From the NCBI GenBank assembly GCA_964500465.1, contig CAZCNB010000003.1:13882-77881 (forward strand): a stretch of 64,000 nt of DNA, read 5' to 3'. This stretch comes from an uncultured Candidatus Saccharibacteria bacterium. Its GTDB lineage: Bacteria > Patescibacteriota > Minisyncoccia > Phycocordibacterales > UBA9973. The translations under genes and the position numbers were made by a program. Below the pieces are notes generated by a model that worked only from the letters and a program-made list of their open reading frames with translations, did not search any database and was not told the origin of the DNA. Of this stretch, positions 59,452 to 64,000 are shown one piece after another. The stretch's first letter is position 1, and the number at the start of each line of letters is the position of its first letter.

Positions 59452-60318
59452 ATGAAAAAAATGATGATTTTAGCGACATTGGTTCTGGTATATGCCACTA
59501 CCTTCGCACAGAAAAAAGAAAAGGTGGAAAAAGATATTCCCACCTATTACGGTAAAATCCGCCTTATGACCAACTGGGAGAAGAAAGACAGCCTCAATCC
59601 CGGAAAAAACGCTGAACTCTCTGCAAACGGTGTTTACGGCGGATTCGCCTACGACCTTACTATTACCCAACCTTTTGATAACAAAAGGAACTGGGGCCTG
59701 CGCCAAATGAAAACCGTAACTCTGGGTTACGGGATAAACAAAAAAATTTCCTACGGTCAAAGAGTTCTGGACGACAAATCCTACCACCTGGCTGCCGGCA
59801 TTGGACCTACCCTTATGCTTACCCCGAAACCTGACAGTGTGAAGAAAAAAAACAATAATGACATGTTCCTGGGAGCCACAATATTCGCCGATATTATAGG
59901 TGAACAATCCGGAGTGGAAGCAGATGCCAAGCTAATGTATGTTTTTCTCCCCGCTAACAACGACACAGTATGGAGTGAAAATGTATTCTCGCCTGAAATA
60001 CAGGTAAAAAAATTTTTCGGTGGAATATTCGGCATATCCGCCGGATGGAGAATGCTTTTCTACTCTACAAGTGAACGCCAGGTACAAGGCAGGCCTTATC
60101 ACGGCACAGCTATAACTCAAACAAGGTCAGAAATTAGTCTCGGCCTTTGCGCAAAGTTCCGGTCAATTACTTTCATGAGCGGAGTGATAATTCCCCGGGA
60201 AAGATACAAAATTGCAGACAACAGTGGAGCAAGGGCCACAAATTTCTTTGAGGCCAAAACCGGTAAGACTGTTTTGAGTATTGGTTTGCAGATTGATTTC
60301 GCAAACCCTCCGAAATAA
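59452..60318 (+). CDS. Exported beta-strand-rich hypothetical protein (possible beta-barrel), atypical higher GC
   Basis: MKK..TFA|Q signal peptide, alternating amphipathic strands, C-terminal LSIGLQIDF; many C/G-ending codons. Confidence 0.7.
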   Translation: MKKMMILATLVLVYATTFAQKKEKVEKDIPTYYGKIRLMTNWEKKDSLNPGKNAELSANGVYGGFAYDLTITQPFDNKRNWGLRQMKTVTLGYGINKKISYGQRVLDDKSYHLAAGIGPTLMLTPKPDSVKKKNNNDMFLGATIFADIIGEQSGVEADAKLMYVFLPANNDTVWSENVFSPEIQVKKFFGGIFGISAGWRMLFYSTSERQVQGRPYHGTAITQTRSEISLGLCAKFRSITFMSGVIIPRERYKIADNSGARATNFFEAKTGKTVLSIGLQIDFANPPK

Positions 60319-60343
60319 GTTTCATAAACTGTGCCACAAGAAC

Positions 60344-60377
60344 GGGCGTACTTCTGAAGAGAAGTGCGCCTATTTTT
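60344..60377. terminator. Terminator between convergent genes
   Basis: GGGCGTACTTCT-GAAG-AGAAGTGCGCCT + T-rich tail. Confidence 0.75.
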
Positions 60378-60708
60378 ATTGCATTTTATTACTAACGTTT
60401 TCTATTGTCTTTGAAACAACTCTTTTTGTATTATTCCCTATCTTACTTATTAGTTTATAAACAATAAAGAAAAATATTGACGAGAAGAATAAACCTATAA
60501 AGAAAATAATTTTAAAGAAAAGATACGGGCCTCCAAGCAAATTTGTAAAAGAAAGTACAAACAAAAATACAAGCCCTAATAAAAGAATGATAATGGGCAA
60601 TATAAAAATACCCCATATTGCTTCTTTTGTTTGAGAAGACGCAAACCCTGACGGGTTTTCTTTGGCCTCTTTTATTGCCTTACCTATGAAGAAGATTTTC
60701 ATTAACAT
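60376..60708 (-). CDS. Small two-TM hypothetical protein
   Basis: 110-aa ORF with two hydrophobic segments. Confidence 0.6.
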   Translation of the reverse strand: MLMKIFFIGKAIKEAKENPSGFASSQTKEAIWGIFILPIIILLLGLVFLFVLSFTNLLGGPYLFFKIIFFIGLFFSSIFFFIVYKLISKIGNNTKRVVSKTIENVSNKMQ

Positions 60709-60761
60709 GTATTTATATTAACAGATTGGAAACATAAACCATAGCTGATATAATTATCTAT

Positions 60762-61331
60762 ATGAAGAAATTATCCAAAAAGAAAAGTTTTCTAGGCGGA
60801 TTTACACTTATTGAACTAACAATATCAATTGCAATAATAGGTATACTATCTACAATAATTATAGTTTCTCTTAATTCAGCAAGACAGAAAAGTAGAGATG
60901 CAAAGAGGGTAAGAAATATAGAAGAAATCAGAACTGCTATAGAATTATACATAGCAGGGCATGGTAATGCTCCAGATTTGGGAGACTCAAATTGTTCTGT
61001 TGTCGACAATAATGATCCATATATTTACTACTCGTCATGTCATACAAATGATTTCAATGGAACATCACACCCATGGAGTGACTTTGAATCTCAAATTCAA
61101 CCATATATGAAAACAGTTCCAAAAGATCCTTGTGGTCTTGCTTGTTATGACCCATCTGGAAACTATAAATACAGAGGATACTTCACATACACATACCAAG
61201 CACCTGGGACTCTTGCTCCGATAAATAATCCTCCGACGACTACAATAACATCTTCATCTTATAGGATTTATGCTCAAAATCTAGAAAAAGGTAATCCTAA
61301 ATCTTTCGGGTTTGGTCCGGGGTCATTCTAA
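60762..61331 (+). CDS. Type IV pilin-like protein (paralog 1)
   Basis: G|FTLIEL..IAIIGIL..SLNSARQKSRDAKR, PKDP. Confidence 0.92.
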   Translation: MKKLSKKKSFLGGFTLIELTISIAIIGILSTIIIVSLNSARQKSRDAKRVRNIEEIRTAIELYIAGHGNAPDLGDSNCSVVDNNDPYIYYSSCHTNDFNGTSHPWSDFESQIQPYMKTVPKDPCGLACYDPSGNYKYRGYFTYTYQAPGTLAPINNPPTTTITSSSYRIYAQNLEKGNPKSFGFGPGSF

Positions 61332-61395
61332 AACAAAGCAATCAAATGAATATTTTATAATTTGAAATAAGAACTTTAGTTGTTATAATTAGCAT

Positions 61396-61956
61396 ATGAA
61401 AAAGACACTGGGTAAGAGAAATCTAATAGGCGGATTTACACTTATTGAACTAACAATAGCTATAGCAATAATAGGGATACTTTCTACGATAATTATAGTT
61501 TCTCTTAATTCAGCACGACAGAAAGGTAGAGATGCAAAGAGAGTAAGAAATGTACAAGAAATTCAAAAAGCAATTGAGTTATACATAGCAACCAACAACG
61601 CTGCACCAGATTTAGGAGACCCGAATTGTGGCAACCCTGATGCTTATGATAATACATGTTATGCAAATGATTGGGATGGTGGTTCAGGTAAACCCTGGTC
61701 CACTTTAACCACAGCAATTAATCCTTATATGAAGAACGTTCCAAAAGATCCTTGTGGAATTGCCTGCTATGATCCGTCCGGTAATTATAACGAGAGGGGT
61801 TATTTTGAGTATGTATATCAAGCACCAGGGACTTTGTCTTATCTGAATGAATCATTGGCGCCAGGAACAACGACAGTTAATACATATAGAATATTCGCTA
61901 GTAACCTTGAAAAAGGTAATCCTAAATATTTTGGTTATGGTCCTGGATCATTCTAA
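61396..61956 (+). CDS. Type IV pilin-like protein (paralog 2)
   Basis: Same prepilin motif; shares PKDPCG.ACYDPSGNY and NLEKGNPK.FG.GPGSF with paralog 1. Confidence 0.92.
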   Translation: MKKTLGKRNLIGGFTLIELTIAIAIIGILSTIIIVSLNSARQKGRDAKRVRNVQEIQKAIELYIATNNAAPDLGDPNCGNPDAYDNTCYANDWDGGSGKPWSTLTTAINPYMKNVPKDPCGIACYDPSGNYNERGYFEYVYQAPGTLSYLNESLAPGTTTVNTYRIFASNLEKGNPKYFGYGPGSF

Positions 61957-61959
61957 TAC

Positions 61960-63285
61960 ATGCCTTTAATACATTCTTTTGTTAATATTTTCGCTGGTGG
62001 AAGAAGTGAGGCTAAGGTTTTTTTATTCTTAATTTACCTAGTGACACTTTTTGTAATTTATAAAATTATTACAAATAAAAAACCTTTAAAGAATCTGGAT
62101 TGGAAATGGTTTGGTTTTGGCTTGCTTAGTTTATACTTATATGGATTATTTTTACAAATAGCGTATACAAAAATACTTGGGGTAAAAGTTACAGATTTTA
62201 TAATAACTGGTAATAATGGTGAATTATCTAGTTCTACATTATCGCACACCCATGTAGCCAAAGGATTTATAGGGGTCATACTTTCAAAATTGGGCTACGC
62301 TGACCTTTCAAAAGTTGATGCTGGTGGTGCCTATATAGGACTTATCCCAAATATTCTATTTTATATAGGATCTGTATTACTTATTTTGGTTCTTGTACAA
62401 GCTTTATACTATTTTGCATCATCATACTATTCAAAAATTAATTATCTAAATATCAGGCAAAAATTGTTCTTAATAATAGGATACGGAATATTATCTTTTT
62501 CAATAATAAAAACTGCAATAGACGGGGGTCTATTTAATTATGGATTTTATGTAAGTATTATATTTATATGGGCATTTTACAAACAACAAAAAAACGAATT
62601 GATTAATAAATATTATTACTTATTTACATTTTTTGCTTTATTACTATTAATTATAAACTTATTTCTAATAGACATAGATCCTAGTTTGTCTCTTCTTCTA
62701 GGCGGTATATCAGCGATGATATTGCTTTATGAAATATTACTTTATTTGGGTAAGGAAAAGATCCGACTTCAATTTTTAGTTCCAATAGTATTAATATTTT
62801 TTGGGTCATGGTGGCAAGCAGGAGCACGTGATCTAGATATATATAATTATGGAGAAAATATGATAGAAACTGGACAGAATTTTTATACTTATAATAAAAG
62901 TATTAAAGAAGTAGTAAAAAATAAAGCACAAGGAAATATTAAGATTCACAAAATAGCAACAGATATGGATAAGAATGAAAGTTATTTGCCAATAACAGTT
63001 GCTGGTATAACTTGTATGGAAAAAAGCTATCCACAAGAAGTATCTATGGAGCTACTTACAGATAAACCTATAAATAGAGAAATTGATACTCAAAAAAACT
63101 TTATTTCAATTAAAAATGAAAAATCTGTAGAGCTTGGTGGGTATTGGAAAACCAATTTACATATTTATATGAATCCGTGTTTACCAGAACCCCTCTCTGT
63201 AATAGATGGTATGATTAGAAAATCAGATATAAATAAATACTTTATAATAAATCCAACTTTTTATGATCAAACTAACGTTCTATAA
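61960..63285 (+). CDS. Polytopic membrane protein with C-terminal soluble domain
   Basis: About 8 hydrophobic segments, then a hydrophilic ~150-aa tail. Confidence 0.65.
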   Translation: MPLIHSFVNIFAGGRSEAKVFLFLIYLVTLFVIYKIITNKKPLKNLDWKWFGFGLLSLYLYGLFLQIAYTKILGVKVTDFIITGNNGELSSSTLSHTHVAKGFIGVILSKLGYADLSKVDAGGAYIGLIPNILFYIGSVLLILVLVQALYYFASSYYSKINYLNIRQKLFLIIGYGILSFSIIKTAIDGGLFNYGFYVSIIFIWAFYKQQKNELINKYYYLFTFFALLLLIINLFLIDIDPSLSLLLGGISAMILLYEILLYLGKEKIRLQFLVPIVLIFFGSWWQAGARDLDIYNYGENMIETGQNFYTYNKSIKEVVKNKAQGNIKIHKIATDMDKNESYLPITVAGITCMEKSYPQEVSMELLTDKPINREIDTQKNFISIKNEKSVELGGYWKTNLHIYMNPCLPEPLSVIDGMIRKSDINKYFIINPTFYDQTNVL

Positions 63286-63766
63286 TTTCATTGTATATAT
63301 TGGAATAACTTGGGGAACCAATATACTTTTTAATTTACTTTACGTAATCAAAAAATATAAACCTGCATATGTGGCAAAAGACAAAGCTATAGATGGTAAT
63401 ATAATGTTCTATGGAAACAGACTAATAGGTGAATCTACTACCCTATTTGGATTTATAATAGCAATACTTGCTTCACTACTTGTATACACAATATTCACCT
63501 CTATATCACTTACAATAATTCCTTTGCTTGTTTACTTAGGACACACTCTTGGTAGTTTTATAAAACGAAGATTTGGATTAGAGGATGGAAAATTTATGCC
63601 ATTCATAGACCATGGAGACTACATGATAACTACTGGTATTATACTTACTTCTTTAGGGTACATATCATTTAAACTTGCTTTAGCAGGTCTAGCTTTTACT
63701 TATGTATTTCATCCAGTTGCATGCTTTATTGCTTTCAAATTAAAATTAAGGCAATACCCTTACTAA
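63263..63766 (+). CDS. CarS-like (DUF46, CDP-archaeol synthase family) membrane protein, divergent
   Basis: AIDG...GNRLIGESTT..G and G.TLGSFIKRRFG..G...P.ID..D; C-terminal LKLRQYPY resembles LGLK..PW. Confidence 0.7.
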   Translation: MIKLTFYNFIVYIGITWGTNILFNLLYVIKKYKPAYVAKDKAIDGNIMFYGNRLIGESTTLFGFIIAILASLLVYTIFTSISLTIIPLLVYLGHTLGSFIKRRFGLEDGKFMPFIDHGDYMITTGIILTSLGYISFKLALAGLAFTYVFHPVACFIAFKLKLRQYPY

Positions 63767-63767
63767 A

Positions 63768-64000
63768 ATGTTAGAAGATATAAACAACATTATATTGGTT
63801 TTTGGAGCGCTAGGGGTATTCCTTGCTTTTATAATTGAAGAGGTTTTTGTTTTTATACCATCTGTATTAGTACACATTGGTGCAGGCGCAATTATATTAG
63901 GAGGACATGCTTTAAATCTGGAAGGGGTTGTAAAGTTACTGCTAGTAGTAGCACTTCCTTCTGCACTTGGTGTAACAATAGGTTCCCTCTGGATTTACTT
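63768..64000 (+). CDS. DedA/VTT family membrane protein, truncated by window edge
   Basis: ATG 63768: MLEDINNIILVFGALGVFLAFIIEEVFVFIPS..GAG..ALGVTIGS (E..IPS DedA motif). Confidence 0.75.
   Translation, partial: MLEDINNIILVFGALGVFLAFIIEEVFVFIPSVLVHIGAGAIILGGHALNLEGVVKLLLVVALPSALGVTIGSLWIY

Noticed and set aside
1-64000. Prophage, IS elements, rRNA genes, alternative genetic code
   Set aside because: No integrase, transposase, phage structural or rRNA sequence was recognised; TGA acts as stop (e.g. dprA) and conserved genes are full length under code 11.

Overview
AT-rich, gene-dense chromosomal segment of a reduced-genome bacterium, standard genetic code. Gene content points to the Candidate Phyla Radiation (Parcubacteria, probably Nomurabacteria-like; inferred): short IF2, alpha2 GlyRS, IleRS2 with a phosphatase insertion, several type IV pilins and few Shine-Dalgarno sites. 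It holds housekeeping genes (dus, serS, dprA, topA, rel, parB, clpB, iscS, infB, rbfA, secG, rnj, rpsF-ssb-rpsR, metG, glyQS, recO, ileS, argS), three tRNAs (Tyr, Cys, Leu), a ~9 kb dTTP-synthesis and nucleotide house-cleaning cluster, a PduO/ImpX-like/riboflavin-kinase cofactor-salvage operon and a pilin/CarS-like/DedA locus. The most unusual signals are non-coding or unannotated. (1) A minimal ileS T-box combines an actinobacterial-type ultrashort Stem I (AUC specifier in the apical loop) with an intrinsic terminator. (2) Two tandem, separately transcribed ~130-nt structured ncRNA candidates lie directly beside it. (3) An unannotated 37-aa basic ORF sits behind a perfect TTGACA-17-TATAAT promoter. 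(4) A ~100-bp insertion duplicates and inverts the tRNA-Cys 3' end. (5) Promoter architecture is pervasively leaderless. (6) Some exported proteins look Bacteroidota-like. All calls are from reading motifs by eye; no database searches were run.
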